From NCBI GenBank assembly GCA_963693055.1, contig OY843751.1, forward strand, positions 2,432,001-2,496,000: a stretch of DNA of 64,000 nucleotides. Direction: 5' to 3'. The position numbers were made by a program, and so were the translations under genes. The stretch is from a bacterium (lineage in GTDB: Bacteria; Zhuqueibacterota; Zhuqueibacteria; Residuimicrobiales; Krinioviventaceae). This document shows positions 51,346 to 61,834 of this stretch, in pieces (positions within the stretch are counted from its first letter, which is position 1; each line of letters opens with the position of its first letter). The notes under the pieces were generated by a model that did no database searches, was not told where the DNA came from, and saw only the letters and a list, made by a program, of their open reading frames with translations.

Positions 51346-52409
51346 TTGTAAATGCTGATGATTTTATCAAGTTTTTAAAAACTTGTCAGGAATCAAAATT
51401 GTTAGGATACGAACAGGCAATTGTACCTGTTGTATCGGCTAATCCTAAAAACAAAGAACTTGTTTTTTCTCCTGTTAATACTGAACGCACTATTGAACTC
51501 GATACCACCCGGACCATTGATCCTTTGAAAAATCTGTATTATGTTCCTCGGGAAAAAATTTATCCAACTGAATTCAAGAATATCAAACGAATAATCGCCG
51601 GTGTCAAAGCATGTGATTTAAAAGCCATTTCAATACTCGATAAAGCATTATTGTTAGACAATTTTGTTGATCCTTCTTATGAGCATTGGCGCAATAATAC
51701 ATTGATTATTTCTACAGACTGTTCAGAACCCTCACCTGCATGTCATTGTACTTTAATGGATGGTTCTCCATATCCTAACGCGGGTTTTGATATTAATCTC
51801 TCAAGAGTATTGGGCAATTATCATATAACTGTAGGATCCGATAGAGGAAAACAATTTGTTGAACACATGGCTATGGAAGTAGAGATTGTTGATGCTTTAC
51901 CTGATGTTAAGGATCAGGTTGAAGCAAATCGAAATAAAATGGAAAGATTGATTGAGCAGCTTAACCAGGATTTTGTACGAACTACTGACTATGAAGAAAT
52001 AAGACATGACAGTATTAATGTATGGCAGCAAAGATCAAAGGCTTGCGTTGGCTGCGGTGCTTGTACGAATATTTGTCCTACCTGTTATTGTCTTATATTA
52101 AATGACGAGTCCAAAGCCGAACAGTTTATCAAAGTCAGATCACAGGATTCCTGTCAGTTAAATGGGTACGCTCGTGTTGCAGGAGGTGGGACTCCACGTC
52201 CGCAAATGTTTTCCAGGTTTCGAAATAGATATCTGTGCAAACTTTTATTTATGAAATCAAATTTTGGAGAGATCGGCTGTACAGGTTGTGGACGATGTAC
52301 TGAAGCTTGCCCTGCTCAAATTGATTACCGTCAAGTTGTAGAGGACATTGGTCATGAAACAGCATTTGAAAAAGTTTCTCAGGATAAATTAGAGGGAGAT
52401 GAGTTATGA
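51342..52409 (+). CDS. AsrA / sulfhydrogenase beta-subunit-like 4Fe-4S protein
   Basis: GVKACDLKAI..LD; CSEPSPACHC; CVGCGACTNICPTCYC; RFRNRY; CTGCGRCTEACP; RBS GGAGG. Confidence 0.88.
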   Translation: MIVNADDFIKFLKTCQESKLLGYEQAIVPVVSANPKNKELVFSPVNTERTIELDTTRTIDPLKNLYYVPREKIYPTEFKNIKRIIAGVKACDLKAISILDKALLLDNFVDPSYEHWRNNTLIISTDCSEPSPACHCTLMDGSPYPNAGFDINLSRVLGNYHITVGSDRGKQFVEHMAMEVEIVDALPDVKDQVEANRNKMERLIEQLNQDFVRTTDYEEIRHDSINVWQQRSKACVGCGACTNICPTCYCLILNDESKAEQFIKVRSQDSCQLNGYARVAGGGTPRPQMFSRFRNRYLCKLLFMKSNFGEIGCTGCGRCTEACPAQIDYRQVVEDIGHETAFEKVSQDKLEGDEL

Positions 52410-53227
52410 GTAATCCGTATGAGGTTATCCCGGCAGTTGTCTATGATGTGATCCAGGAATCTCCACTCATTCGGACATTAAGGGTAAAACCTGAAAAAGC
52501 AATCCCTTTTAAAACCGGTCAATTTATTGAATTGTCCATTCCTGGTATTGGTGAGGGTCCATTTACACCATCTTCATCACATTATATTAATGAAGAAATG
52601 GATATTACTATAATGAAAACAGGCTTTGTTACTGAATATGTTCATCAGGCCCAGATAGGTGATCGTGTAGGATTACGTGGCCCTTATGGTTCCAGCTATC
52701 CGTTAGATAAATTTGAAAACAAAGATTTACTCATTCTGGGTGGTGGTTGTGGTTTAGCACCTTTACGATCCCTTTTTCTGACATTACTGCATGACGTTGA
52801 AAGATACAAGAGTATTACATTTTTTGCAGGGGCTAAAACTCCTCAGGACTGTATTTATAAGGATTCTGTAACTGAATGGAACAAATATGATAATGTCCGC
52901 TTTGTTCGTTCGGTTGATGTTGTGCCGGATGGAGAGGATTGGGATGAAAATGTGGGCCTGGTTACTACATTGTTAGAACGACTCGATTTAACACCGGATG
53001 GGAATCCTGCCGTTGTATGTGGACCTCCCATTATGATGCGTTTTGGTACAATGGATTTATTGAATTATGGATTTAAAGAAGAAAATATCTATTTATCGAT
53101 GGAAAAAAAAATGTATTGTGGTTTTGGACAGTGTCGTCATTGTGTAATGGGCGGCTATTATGCCTGCAAAGATGGCCCCGTATTTTCTTATGCTGATATA
53201 AAGAATGAGGAGGACATTTGGGAATGA
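52406..53227 (+). CDS. AsrB / sulfhydrogenase gamma-subunit-like FAD/NAD(P)H-binding [2Fe-2S] protein
   Basis: FKTGQF...PGIGEGPF; LRGPYG; LGGGCGLAPLRS; VCGPPIMM; MYCGFGQCRHC...CKDGPVF. Confidence 0.9.
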   Translation: MSNPYEVIPAVVYDVIQESPLIRTLRVKPEKAIPFKTGQFIELSIPGIGEGPFTPSSSHYINEEMDITIMKTGFVTEYVHQAQIGDRVGLRGPYGSSYPLDKFENKDLLILGGGCGLAPLRSLFLTLLHDVERYKSITFFAGAKTPQDCIYKDSVTEWNKYDNVRFVRSVDVVPDGEDWDENVGLVTTLLERLDLTPDGNPAVVCGPPIMMRFGTMDLLNYGFKEENIYLSMEKKMYCGFGQCRHCVMGGYYACKDGPVFSYADIKNEEDIWE

Positions 53228-53727
53228 AACGTCTTTTTATTGATGTGCCCGGCCTGCTGGATGCCAATGTTTCGGCAGAGTCAATAGATTGTGAATACAT
53301 GTTTCATCGTTATAACCATGGAGCATTTTCATTACTTGAAGTTGCGGAATTTGCTTCTTATTGCCGCCAATGTACCGAATCGTTTTGTGTAAATGCTTGT
53401 CCGGTTGAAGCTCTTGAACGTCAACCCTCAGGAACAATTAAACGTTTCAATATGAGATGTGTTGGCTGTAAAAGCTGTATTTTAGCTTGTCCTTTTGGGA
53501 CTATATTCCCCGAAGTTATTAATTACATAACAGCAAGATGTGATTATTGTTTGAACCAGTTAGAGGCTGATCCGAATTATCAACCGGCATGTGTCAAATC
53601 GGCTCCGCACGATACTTTTGTGATGAAAGACATTGAACAAGAGAATCCGAAAGAACATGTCTATCTATACGGAGAACACCTGGCCGTTAAAAGTCCAAGC
53701 TGGCGTTATAAGGAGGGATTGGTATGA
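53224..53727 (+). CDS. 4Fe-4S dicluster electron-transfer subunit (HycB/CooF-like)
   Basis: CRQCTESFCVNACP, CVGCKSCILACP, CDYC; ATGA overlap with the upstream gene. Confidence 0.82.
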   Translation: MKRLFIDVPGLLDANVSAESIDCEYMFHRYNHGAFSLLEVAEFASYCRQCTESFCVNACPVEALERQPSGTIKRFNMRCVGCKSCILACPFGTIFPEVINYITARCDYCLNQLEADPNYQPACVKSAPHDTFVMKDIEQENPKEHVYLYGEHLAVKSPSWRYKEGLV

Positions 53728-54653
53728 ATCTGGAATTGATTTTCTTTTTGTTGATATTCCCCGGCTTTTTATTTACCAGCATTCTGGGGATGACTGTTGG
53801 TTGGATTGATCGCAAAGTCTCTGCAAGATTTCAATATCGTGTTGGCCCTCCATTTTTACAGAACTTTAATGACTTTTTCAAATTACTGGGTAAGGAAACC
53901 ATTATTGTTAAAGACAGTGTGCACTCCCTTTTCATCTCTGCACCGTTTATTGCGTTTGCTGTGTTGGTGTTATTGTCTACCATCATAGGTGTTGCTTTAT
54001 TTTTTAATCAGGGCTTTGGCGGTGATTTGTTTGTTATCATGTATCTCTTGATGGTTTTTTCTGTTATGGTTGTATTGGGTGGTTCTGCAACCGGTAATGT
54101 CTATTCAAGTATTGGAGCTGGCAGAGAGATAAAATTATTGCTGGCTGATGAACTGGTTTTCATTCTAATCTGTTTGGTACCTGTCATTAAATCCGGTTAT
54201 CAACTTGATCTCCTGGGAATACTTACCGCCCAAGCACAAAGTGGAGTTTTTATCAATTCATTTTCTGGTGCAATTGCCTTTGTATTAGGTCTATTGTGCA
54301 TACAAGCCAAAATGACACTGCCGCCATTTCATATACCCGAAGCTGAAACTGAAATAGTTGAAGGACCCTTTATGGAATACAGCGGTCCACCACTTGCTTT
54401 CTGGAAATTGAACCATTTTCTCATGTGGGTGATTTTACCATTTTTACTGGTACTTTTGTTTATGGGTGGCTTTAATCTGCAAGGAATGGGTATCCTTTGG
54501 GCAGTACTCAAATATCTGCTTATCGTTGTTTTGATGATTATCATTAAAAATACAAACCCCCGTATCAAAATAGATACAGCATTAAACTTTTTCTGGAAAT
54601 ATGCTACCCCCTTGGGACTCGTTGCAATCATTTTAGCCGTGTTAGGAGTGTAA
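53724..54653 (+). CDS. NuoH/HycD/MbhM-like membrane subunit
   Basis: IDRKVSARFQYRVGPP..Q...DFFKLLGKE; PFHIPEAETEIVEGPFMEYSG; NPRIKID. Confidence 0.92.
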   Translation: MNLELIFFLLIFPGFLFTSILGMTVGWIDRKVSARFQYRVGPPFLQNFNDFFKLLGKETIIVKDSVHSLFISAPFIAFAVLVLLSTIIGVALFFNQGFGGDLFVIMYLLMVFSVMVVLGGSATGNVYSSIGAGREIKLLLADELVFILICLVPVIKSGYQLDLLGILTAQAQSGVFINSFSGAIAFVLGLLCIQAKMTLPPFHIPEAETEIVEGPFMEYSGPPLAFWKLNHFLMWVILPFLLVLLFMGGFNLQGMGILWAVLKYLLIVVLMIIIKNTNPRIKIDTALNFFWKYATPLGLVAIILAVLGV

Positions 54654-54655
54654 AT

Positions 54656-55075
54656 ATGGGATGGTATAATAAACGTCTTGCCAAATCGATATGGGTGTTT
54701 CATGTGAGCGCATCACCCTGTAATAATTGTGATATAGAAGTATTGGATCTGTTGACACCCAAATATGATCTTGAACGATTAGGGATCAAGCTGGTAGGCT
54801 CGGTACGTCATGCTGATGTTTTGCTGTTGAGTGGTATTATTAATCAAAAAGTGGCACCACGGGTAAAGCAGCTATATGACCAGGCTCCTAAACCCGTATT
54901 TGTAGTGGGAGTCGGTACCTGCCCATCCGGAGGCAGTTGCTTCAATAACAGTTACAATAAAGTCATGTCACGAGAAGATGTAATTCCCATTGATCTCTAT
55001 ATCCCCGGATGTCCTCCCAAACCGGAGGCTATGATTGAAGGTGTTGCAAAGCTTTTGGAGGTGCTGAATGCCTGA
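54656..55075 (+). CDS. Group 4 [NiFe]-hydrogenase small subunit (NuoB/HycG/MbhJ-like)
   Basis: CNNCDIE; YDLERLG; RHADVLL; GTC..GG; IPGCPPKPEA. Confidence 0.92.
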   Translation: MGWYNKRLAKSIWVFHVSASPCNNCDIEVLDLLTPKYDLERLGIKLVGSVRHADVLLLSGIINQKVAPRVKQLYDQAPKPVFVVGVGTCPSGGSCFNNSYNKVMSREDVIPIDLYIPGCPPKPEAMIEGVAKLLEVLNA

Positions 55076-55499
55076 TGTGAAATCTTTTATCGATAAAATG
55101 GGTGATCGAATAACCAATACGGTTGAAAAACCATTGCGTCTCTATTTTGAGGTTCCTGCTGAACATGTCAAAGAAGTAACGGGTTATCTGTTTAATGAAC
55201 TAGGGTGCCGGTTATCAACAGCAACAGCTACCGAAGTATATAGGGGAATTGAAGTATTGTATCATTTTTCTGATGATGAAACCGGTCAGTATTACTGTCC
55301 CCGAGTTGTTATGACAGACAAAGATAGTCCCACAATGCCTTCAATAACTCCTATTGTTCAGGGTGCGGAATGGATTGAAAGAGAGATGAACGAGTTTTGG
55401 GGAGTAATTTTTACAGACCATCCTAAACCAGAACGCCTTTTGTCAAAAGACCATCCCGAAAATCTGGATAAACCCTTACGCTTCAGGAGGCTGTCATGA
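55068..55499 (+). CDS. NuoC/MbhK-like subunit
   Basis: EVLYHF; PSITPIVQGAEWIEREMNEFWGVIFTDHP. Confidence 0.88.
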   Translation: MPDVKSFIDKMGDRITNTVEKPLRLYFEVPAEHVKEVTGYLFNELGCRLSTATATEVYRGIEVLYHFSDDETGQYYCPRVVMTDKDSPTMPSITPIVQGAEWIEREMNEFWGVIFTDHPKPERLLSKDHPENLDKPLRFRRLS

Positions 55500-56695
55500 A
55501 TGTTAATGGAACCACCAATACTGTTCCGGTAGGTCCTTTTCATCCGCTTTTGGAAGAAGCTGAATACTTTAATATCGTTGTTGATGGTGAAACCATTGTT
55601 GACATTGATATTGATATAGGCTGGATGCACAGAGGCCATGAGTATCTTTCTGAACAACGCACATTTACCCAGTCCATTTACCTGGTTGAACGTATATGTG
55701 GAATTTGTTCCACTTCGCACCCCCTTGCATGTGTGCATGCTATTGAGGATATAGACAATATTGAAATCCCATTGAGGGCACGTTATATTCGCACCTTGGT
55801 TGGCGAATTGGAACGTATACACAGTCATTTGTTGTGGCTGGGTCTGGCCGGTCATTTTATTGGTTATGATACATTGTGGATGTGGTCATGGAAATACCGA
55901 GAGCCTATTTTGCAAATGTTTGAGATTATCTCCGGTAACCGCAACCATTATGGAATGATGCGGGTAGGAGGCGTTGCACAGGATGTGGATCCGGATAAAA
56001 TACCCATCTTGATTGATCATATGGATGAAATTGCTCAAAAGATGGACATGATTGCCAAAGCTGCCAATGATGATCCGGTTTTAAAATCACGTCTTGTCGG
56101 AGTTGGTGTGCTTACTCATGAAGATGCGATCAATTATTGCGCGGTAGGTCCAACGTCACGCGCATCGGGTGTACCTGCGGATGTACGTAAATCAGAGGAT
56201 ACTGACGCTTATTCTTTGATCGATTGGAATGTCATCGTCCTTGAGCATGGTGATGTTTATGACAAGCTGGTCGTTCGTGTATTGGAAACCGTTGAATCGA
56301 TCAAGATCTGCAAAATCTGTCTGGAAAAGCTCAAAACCGTGCAAGGTCCGATTCTAAATAAAGTTAAGGAAATTTCACCTGGGGAGGGTATTGGTAGATA
56401 TGAAGCTCCACGTGGTGAAGTTTTTCATTATATTCGTTCAGATGGCACTAACAGGCCTATTCGCCACAAGGTACGTGCCCCGAGTTTTGTTAATATTCCA
56501 ACCTTTGCTGCAACATGCAAAGGCGCTTCACTTGCAGATGCATTAATTACTACTGCTTCTGTTGATCCGTGTTATTGTTGTACAGAACGATCCTTACGTG
56601 TCAAAGATACAGGTTCAAATGTTCTGGATGTGGATTTACTGGAACTTTCCCGAATAAAGACCAATGAAATCAGGAGGGAGATCCATGGAGTTTAA
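55496..56695 (+). CDS. Group 4 [NiFe]-hydrogenase large subunit (HycE/MbhL/EchE-like)
   Basis: GPFHPLLEE; HRGHE; L1 ERICGICSTSH; EAPRGE; RAPSFVN; L2 DPCYCCTER followed by a C-terminal extension. Confidence 0.93.
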   Translation: MNVNGTTNTVPVGPFHPLLEEAEYFNIVVDGETIVDIDIDIGWMHRGHEYLSEQRTFTQSIYLVERICGICSTSHPLACVHAIEDIDNIEIPLRARYIRTLVGELERIHSHLLWLGLAGHFIGYDTLWMWSWKYREPILQMFEIISGNRNHYGMMRVGGVAQDVDPDKIPILIDHMDEIAQKMDMIAKAANDDPVLKSRLVGVGVLTHEDAINYCAVGPTSRASGVPADVRKSEDTDAYSLIDWNVIVLEHGDVYDKLVVRVLETVESIKICKICLEKLKTVQGPILNKVKEISPGEGIGRYEAPRGEVFHYIRSDGTNRPIRHKVRAPSFVNIPTFAATCKGASLADALITTASVDPCYCCTERSLRVKDTGSNVLDVDLLELSRIKTNEIRREIHGV

Positions 56696-58496
56696 TACGC
56701 TGGTTTTACTTGTTACTGTCCCTCTGGGGATTGCTGTACTGAATCTGGTTTTACCCACATTACTACAAAAACTGTCAATGGTTGTGGGGACATTGAGTTT
56801 AATGTGGTTTTCTTTTTTGCTCTATAAAAGCGGCAATATGGTTTGGGATATGAATGATCAGGTGTTTTTACAAACTACACCCTTGTCGGTTTTATGTATT
56901 GTATTTGTTCAAATTATTTCCTTTATCATTCTGCTATTTGCGATAAAAGGTATGAATCCTGATCTTGAGCACAGGTTTTTCATTTTGTTTCCATTAACTA
57001 TTGCCTTAAGTAATGGTGCGTTGGCGAGTGATCATAGTATCTTTTTTCTCATATTTTGGGGGTTTTCAGGTGTGTTGCTTTATCTGTTTGGTGTAATGTC
57101 CGGAAATGGAGATGCATCTCAATCTGCTAAAAAGACATTCATGATTATTGGTGGTAGCGATGCATTTTTAATTATGGGCTTTGCTATTTTGTGGACCCTG
57201 CAGCCCGGTTCCAACTGGTCTTTAAACGCATTAAATGTTCCTCTCGATAGTGGCATGTCATGGTTGGCATTGATATTTTTACTTTTGGCTGCTTTTGCCA
57301 AAGCTGGATGTTTTCCTTTCCATACCTGGGTGCCGGATTACAGTCGGGATACGCATGTAGAAGCCGTAGTTTTGCTGCCTGCATCGATTGACAAACTTTT
57401 GGGTATTTACCTGTTGGCCATGATTGTAACTGTATTTTTTCAAGCCACTTTGTTACTGCACATGATACTGATCACTGTAGGTGCGGTTTCTATTATTACC
57501 GCGGTTATGATGGCGTTAACACAGCATGATGGTCGTCGTTTGCTAGGTTACCATGCTGTTAGTCAGGTTGGATATATGGTGCTGGGTGTTGGCAGCGGCA
57601 ATTTGATTGCTTTTGCAGGTGGGTTGTTCCACATGATCAATAATGTGTTATACAAAAGCGGATTGTTTCTTTCTATGGGTGCGGTTGAGAAAAAGACCGG
57701 TACACATGATCTTGATAAACTTGGTGGACTAGCTCGCTGTATGCCTTTAACATTCATAATGGCTTTGGTAGCAGCGTTATCTATTTCAGGAATTCCTCCT
57801 TTTAATGGATTTTTCTCCAAATGGATGATTTACCAGGGATTGGTTGAAATGGCTGGTTCCATGGCACCGGGCTATCAGCTTTGGTTATTGTTGTGTTTAA
57901 TTCTGGCTGTCTTTGGTAGCGCATTAACCCTTGCCAGTTTTCTGAAATTTATCCATGCTGTATTTCTGGGCAAACGTCCTGAAAAATACAACAATGTTGA
58001 TGAAGCACCAGCTAATCAATGGCTTTCAACCGGAGTTCTGGCATTATTATGTTTGGTTTTCGGATTATTTGCTATACAGGTTCCGCTAAAACTTTTTATA
58101 CTTCCCATTGCGGGTGTTTCTATAGAGTCCCTGCCATTTATTGGATTATATCAGCCGGTTATTATTTCTATACTATTTTTAATAATGCTAATCTTTGGTT
58201 TATTGATATATCGTACTGCCCGCACTGTTCGGTATGATCAAAATTATATTGGTGGCATGCCGGCCCATGAAAAATACCGCGTTTCCGGTACCGGATTTTA
58301 TAACGAAATACGTCGCATGTCTCCGCTCAAAGCATTGTATGATGCTGCTGAGAAAAAGATATTTGATATTTATAATCAGGGAGCCGGTATTACCAATGGT
58401 TTTGCGGCCTTGTTCCAAAAAGCCCATCCGGGTCAGTTACAGTTGTACCTGTTGTATATGATAATCGGTTTGTTGATTTTTATTTTCCTTATTTAG
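56685..58496 (+). CDS. MrpA/NuoL-like antiporter subunit
   Basis: KAGCFPFHTWVPD; RRLLGYHAVSQVGY; FHMINNVLYKSGLFL; LSISGIPPFNGFFSKW. Start moved to ATG 56685 (RBS GGAGGGAG). Confidence 0.88.
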   Translation: MEFNTLVLLVTVPLGIAVLNLVLPTLLQKLSMVVGTLSLMWFSFLLYKSGNMVWDMNDQVFLQTTPLSVLCIVFVQIISFIILLFAIKGMNPDLEHRFFILFPLTIALSNGALASDHSIFFLIFWGFSGVLLYLFGVMSGNGDASQSAKKTFMIIGGSDAFLIMGFAILWTLQPGSNWSLNALNVPLDSGMSWLALIFLLLAAFAKAGCFPFHTWVPDYSRDTHVEAVVLLPASIDKLLGIYLLAMIVTVFFQATLLLHMILITVGAVSIITAVMMALTQHDGRRLLGYHAVSQVGYMVLGVGSGNLIAFAGGLFHMINNVLYKSGLFLSMGAVEKKTGTHDLDKLGGLARCMPLTFIMALVAALSISGIPPFNGFFSKWMIYQGLVEMAGSMAPGYQLWLLLCLILAVFGSALTLASFLKFIHAVFLGKRPEKYNNVDEAPANQWLSTGVLALLCLVFGLFAIQVPLKLFILPIAGVSIESLPFIGLYQPVIISILFLIMLIFGLLIYRTARTVRYDQNYIGGMPAHEKYRVSGTGFYNEIRRMSPLKALYDAAEKKIFDIYNQGAGITNGFAALFQKAHPGQLQLYLLYMIIGLLIFIFLI

Positions 58497-58508
58497 TCAT
58501 ACAGGAGC

Positions 58509-59072
58509 ATGGAGGATACTATGCCTGTTGAAACATGGTTGACATTTACATTAGGATTTATGGTTATTGGATCCATTGTAGCGTTGGAAATCAAAGACAT
58601 TCTTTCTTCAATTATTGCCATTGGCATTGTGGGCCTGGCTGTATCGGTTTCATTCCTGTTTTTGCAGGCCCCTGATCTTGCGATTGTTCAATTTTTATTT
58701 GAGATATTTGCTTTAATCATTCTGGTGCGTGCGTTTATATCCAAAGAAAACCACGAGATGGAACCCGTCAAGGCTGGTAAAATGATAACTGCAATATCAA
58801 TCCTCGTATTAATTGCTATTTTTGCCGGCAGTATCCAGTTCTTTCGCTTAATGCCGGCTTTTGGTGATCCGATTTTGGGAACAGCAGCTCACTATTTGGA
58901 AAACGGTGCAGTTGAGACGGGCGCAGCAAATCTGGTTAGCTCAATAATTTTAGATTATCGTGCTTATGATACACTGGGTGAGGTTACCGTTTTGTTTACC
59001 GCTATATTGGGAACCATAACTATTTTAAGAATACGGACAAATTCAAAACAGACAGGAGGTACCGAGTCATGA
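58509..59072 (+). CDS. MbhD/MbhE-like (DUF4040 + MrpA C-terminal) subunit
   Basis: LQAPDLAIVQ; GAANLVSSIILDYRAYDTLGEVTVL. Start may be ATG 58521. Confidence 0.85.
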   Translation: MEDTMPVETWLTFTLGFMVIGSIVALEIKDILSSIIAIGIVGLAVSVSFLFLQAPDLAIVQFLFEIFALIILVRAFISKENHEMEPVKAGKMITAISILVLIAIFAGSIQFFRLMPAFGDPILGTAAHYLENGAVETGAANLVSSIILDYRAYDTLGEVTVLFTAILGTITILRIRTNSKQTGGTES

Positions 59073-59518
59073 ATGATAAGAAAGGAATGACATTGATAGT
59101 AAAAACAGTCTCTCGTCTCTCTGTTTGGTTAATTCTACTGTATGGTATGTATATCATTTTGCATGGACATCTAACTCCGGGTGGAGGCTTTGGTGGAGGC
59201 GTAATCATCGCTTTGGCATTTTTAAACATACTGCTTGCCTATGGTAAAGACTTTACTCAGTCCTGGATCAATATTCATGCATTTGAGCGATTTGAAAGTT
59301 TAAGCGCACTATTGTTCCTCATTATTGGTATCGTTGGTATTGCAACAGGTGTTTCGTTCCTGTTTAATTTTCTTCAACATGGTTCGCTGTTTCATTTGTT
59401 AAGTGCCGGTACAATTCCGGTTTTAAATATTATTATTGGCATCAAAGTATCATTGTCACTGTTTCTTGTGATTTGGGTTTTGGCCGGTATTAAAATAGCC
59501 AAAGGAGACAACGCATGA
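59069..59518 (+). CDS. mrpB: MrpB/MnhB (MbhF-like) subunit
   Basis: HGHLTPGGGFGGG signature. Confidence 0.88.
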   Translation: MNDKKGMTLIVKTVSRLSVWLILLYGMYIILHGHLTPGGGFGGGVIIALAFLNILLAYGKDFTQSWINIHAFERFESLSALLFLIIGIVGIATGVSFLFNFLQHGSLFHLLSAGTIPVLNIIIGIKVSLSLFLVIWVLAGIKIAKGDNA

Positions 59519-59853
59519 TCATCTATTATTTGTGTTTTGCGCTCTTTCTTGTGGGAGTGTATGGAGTATTAACAAAACGGGATTTAATTAAAATCATTCT
59601 CTCGGTTGCAATTATGGGGTATGCAGCAAATATGTTTTTAATCCTGTTTGCTTATAAAAAGGATGCCATTTATCCCATTCTCACAAGTACAGAAAATATT
59701 AAAGCCATGGTAGATCCTTTACCTCAGGCGCTAGTTTTAACGTCTATTGTTATTGAGCTGGGTACAACTGCGTTACTGGTAGCACTAGCAGTTAAATTGT
59801 TTGAAAAATATAAAACCTTTGATATTACCAAAATAAGGAGATTGCACGGATGA
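59515..59853 (+). CDS. mrpC: MrpC (MbhG-like) subunit
   Basis: DLIKIIL; VDPLPQALVLTSIVI. Confidence 0.9.
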   Translation: MIIYYLCFALFLVGVYGVLTKRDLIKIILSVAIMGYAANMFLILFAYKKDAIYPILTSTENIKAMVDPLPQALVLTSIVIELGTTALLVALAVKLFEKYKTFDITKIRRLHG

Positions 59854-61325
59854 TTCTACCGACTTTTATTGTCATCCCCCTGGCGGCTGCCTTTCTTATT
59901 ACCCTTATTGCAGGTAAAAAAGATATCTGGGGAATTGCCATTGCACTGGTTGCTACACTAGCGTTACTGATTCTATCCGTTTCCGAATTTATAACATTGG
60001 ATGGTGAAACTCAAACATATGAAATGGGAGGGTGGATTGTTCCAATCGGAATTGTGTTGGTCAAAGACGCATTAACCTGTTTTATGCTTATTATCAGCAG
60101 TTTGATAGCCTTTACATCTTTATTGTATTCCATACAATATATCCGTCATCTTTCAATGGATTGGAAATACTATGCATTGTTTATGCTGCTGCTTGCAGGA
60201 ATGAATGGTGTAACTATTACCGGTGATTTGTTTAATCTTTTTGTCTTTATGGAAGTAGCATTACTGGCCGCTTTTTCACTTGTTGCTTATGGAGGCAGAG
60301 CAGAAGAGTTTGAAGCTTCGTTCAAATACGCTGTAATGGGTGCCGTTTCATCCAGTATTGTGCTTATTGGTATTGCGGTAACATATACCACCACTTCTAC
60401 TCTGACATTGGCTGGTATTGCCAAAGCACTGCATGCTGCTGATCCCGCACTTGCATTATGGATTGGTGCTATATTCCTTGCCGGATTTGGGCTCAAAGCT
60501 GCTGCCATGCCGTTTCATGCATGGCTGCCGGATGCACACTCTTCTGCACCCGCGCCAATATCTTCAATGTTGTCAGGAGTATTGATAAAGGTTTTAGGAA
60601 TCTATGTACTGGTTAGGATATTTTTCAATGTATTGGGAGCGCCGCAACTTTTTATGACTCTGTTCCTGATCATTGGTGGAATATCGGTTGTGATCAGCGG
60701 ATTGCTATCCGTTGGACAATGGGATATAAAACGATTGCTTGCTTATAGCAGTATCAGCCAGATTGGTTATATTTTGCTGGGTTTGGGTTTGGCAACCCCT
60801 TTGGGCATATTGGGGGCGGTTTTCCATATGTTTAATCATGCCGTATTCAAAGCCTTATTGTTTTATAATGCGGGCAGTGTTGAAATGATAACCGGCACCC
60901 GTGATCTCCACAAGATGGGAAACCTGGGCAAGCTGATGCCTGTAACCTCGGCTACTTCATTAATTGCATCACTAGCGATTTCGGGAATTCCTCCTTTTAA
61001 TGGATTTTTTAGCAAGCTTTTAATCATTATTGCGCTTGTACAGGCCGGGCATCCCGTATATGCTATTATTGCTATTGCGGGCAGTTTGTTGACTCTTGCC
61101 GCCTTGATGAAAGTACAACGTCATGGCTTTCACGGAGATGCTGAAATGGTTGAGCCTAAAGAAAAAATTGGCTGGAACATGAATTTAGCCATGATTGTAC
61201 TTGCTGTAATCTGTGTTGTTTCCAGCTTGTTGCTGCTACCCGGCATCAAAGAAGTAACCCTTGATCCTGTTGTGACAGTCATTGTTGAAAATGCAAAATA
61301 TACCCAGTTTGTTATGGGGAGGTAG
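59850..61325 (+). CDS. mrpD: MrpD (MbhH-like) antiporter subunit
   Basis: GGW..PIGI.L..D; GDLFNLFVFMEV; EASFKY; KAAAMPFHAWLPDAH; KRLLAYSSISQIGY; GIPPFNGFFSK. Confidence 0.92.
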   Translation: MILPTFIVIPLAAAFLITLIAGKKDIWGIAIALVATLALLILSVSEFITLDGETQTYEMGGWIVPIGIVLVKDALTCFMLIISSLIAFTSLLYSIQYIRHLSMDWKYYALFMLLLAGMNGVTITGDLFNLFVFMEVALLAAFSLVAYGGRAEEFEASFKYAVMGAVSSSIVLIGIAVTYTTTSTLTLAGIAKALHAADPALALWIGAIFLAGFGLKAAAMPFHAWLPDAHSSAPAPISSMLSGVLIKVLGIYVLVRIFFNVLGAPQLFMTLFLIIGGISVVISGLLSVGQWDIKRLLAYSSISQIGYILLGLGLATPLGILGAVFHMFNHAVFKALLFYNAGSVEMITGTRDLHKMGNLGKLMPVTSATSLIASLAISGIPPFNGFFSKLLIIIALVQAGHPVYAIIAIAGSLLTLAALMKVQRHGFHGDAEMVEPKEKIGWNMNLAMIVLAVICVVSSLLLLPGIKEVTLDPVVTVIVENAKYTQFVMGR

Positions 61326-61327
61326 GC

Positions 61328-61834
61328 ATGAATTTAAAATTAAAAAGTCGCATTATTGTTTTTATCTTGTCTTTCCTGGTTTGGATTGCGTTAACAAGCT
61401 ATAAAGATGTTCAGGAGATTGTTGCCGGATTGATTGTCGCGTTCATAGTATCCTGGGCTGCCGGACATTTCTTTATCACTACTGAAAAACAGCATGGTAC
61501 AATTAGGCGAATATTTGCAGCCATTCGATATATGTTTAAATTCTTGTTTGAAATGATTCGGGCCAATTTGCATGTAGCCTATATTGTTGTGCATCCTAAT
61601 TTACCTATCAAGCCGGGTATTGTAAAAATAAAATCTAATCTTACCAAAGATTCAGCATTGACCATACTGACAAATTCAATCACACTTACACCAGGAACAT
61701 TAACCATTGATATCAATCCTGATACCAAAGAGATTTATATTCACTGGATTGATGTTTTATCCACAAAAATTGAAGAAAATACCCAAAACATCGGACAACG
61801 TTTTGAACCCTTGTTGATGGAGGTGTTTGAATGA
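61328..61834 (+). CDS. mrpE: MrpE (MbhA-like) subunit
   Basis: ANLHVAY...PGIVK...NSITLTPGTLTID...IHWI. Confidence 0.92.
   Translation: MNLKLKSRIIVFILSFLVWIALTSYKDVQEIVAGLIVAFIVSWAAGHFFITTEKQHGTIRRIFAAIRYMFKFLFEMIRANLHVAYIVVHPNLPIKPGIVKIKSNLTKDSALTILTNSITLTPGTLTIDINPDTKEIYIHWIDVLSTKIEENTQNIGQRFEPLLMEVFE

Noticed and set aside
51342-53227. Anaerobic sulfite reductase (asrABC) or soluble group 3b hydrogenase
   Set aside because: No siroheme AsrC and no group 3b small/large subunits in the window; the genes overlap directly with group 4 membrane subunits.
55496-56695. [NiFeSe] hydrogenase, MBX/MBS sulfane reductase or complex I NuoD
   Set aside because: All four Ni-binding Cys are ordinary Cys codons, there is no in-frame TGA, and a C-terminal extension plus HycI-like protease are present.
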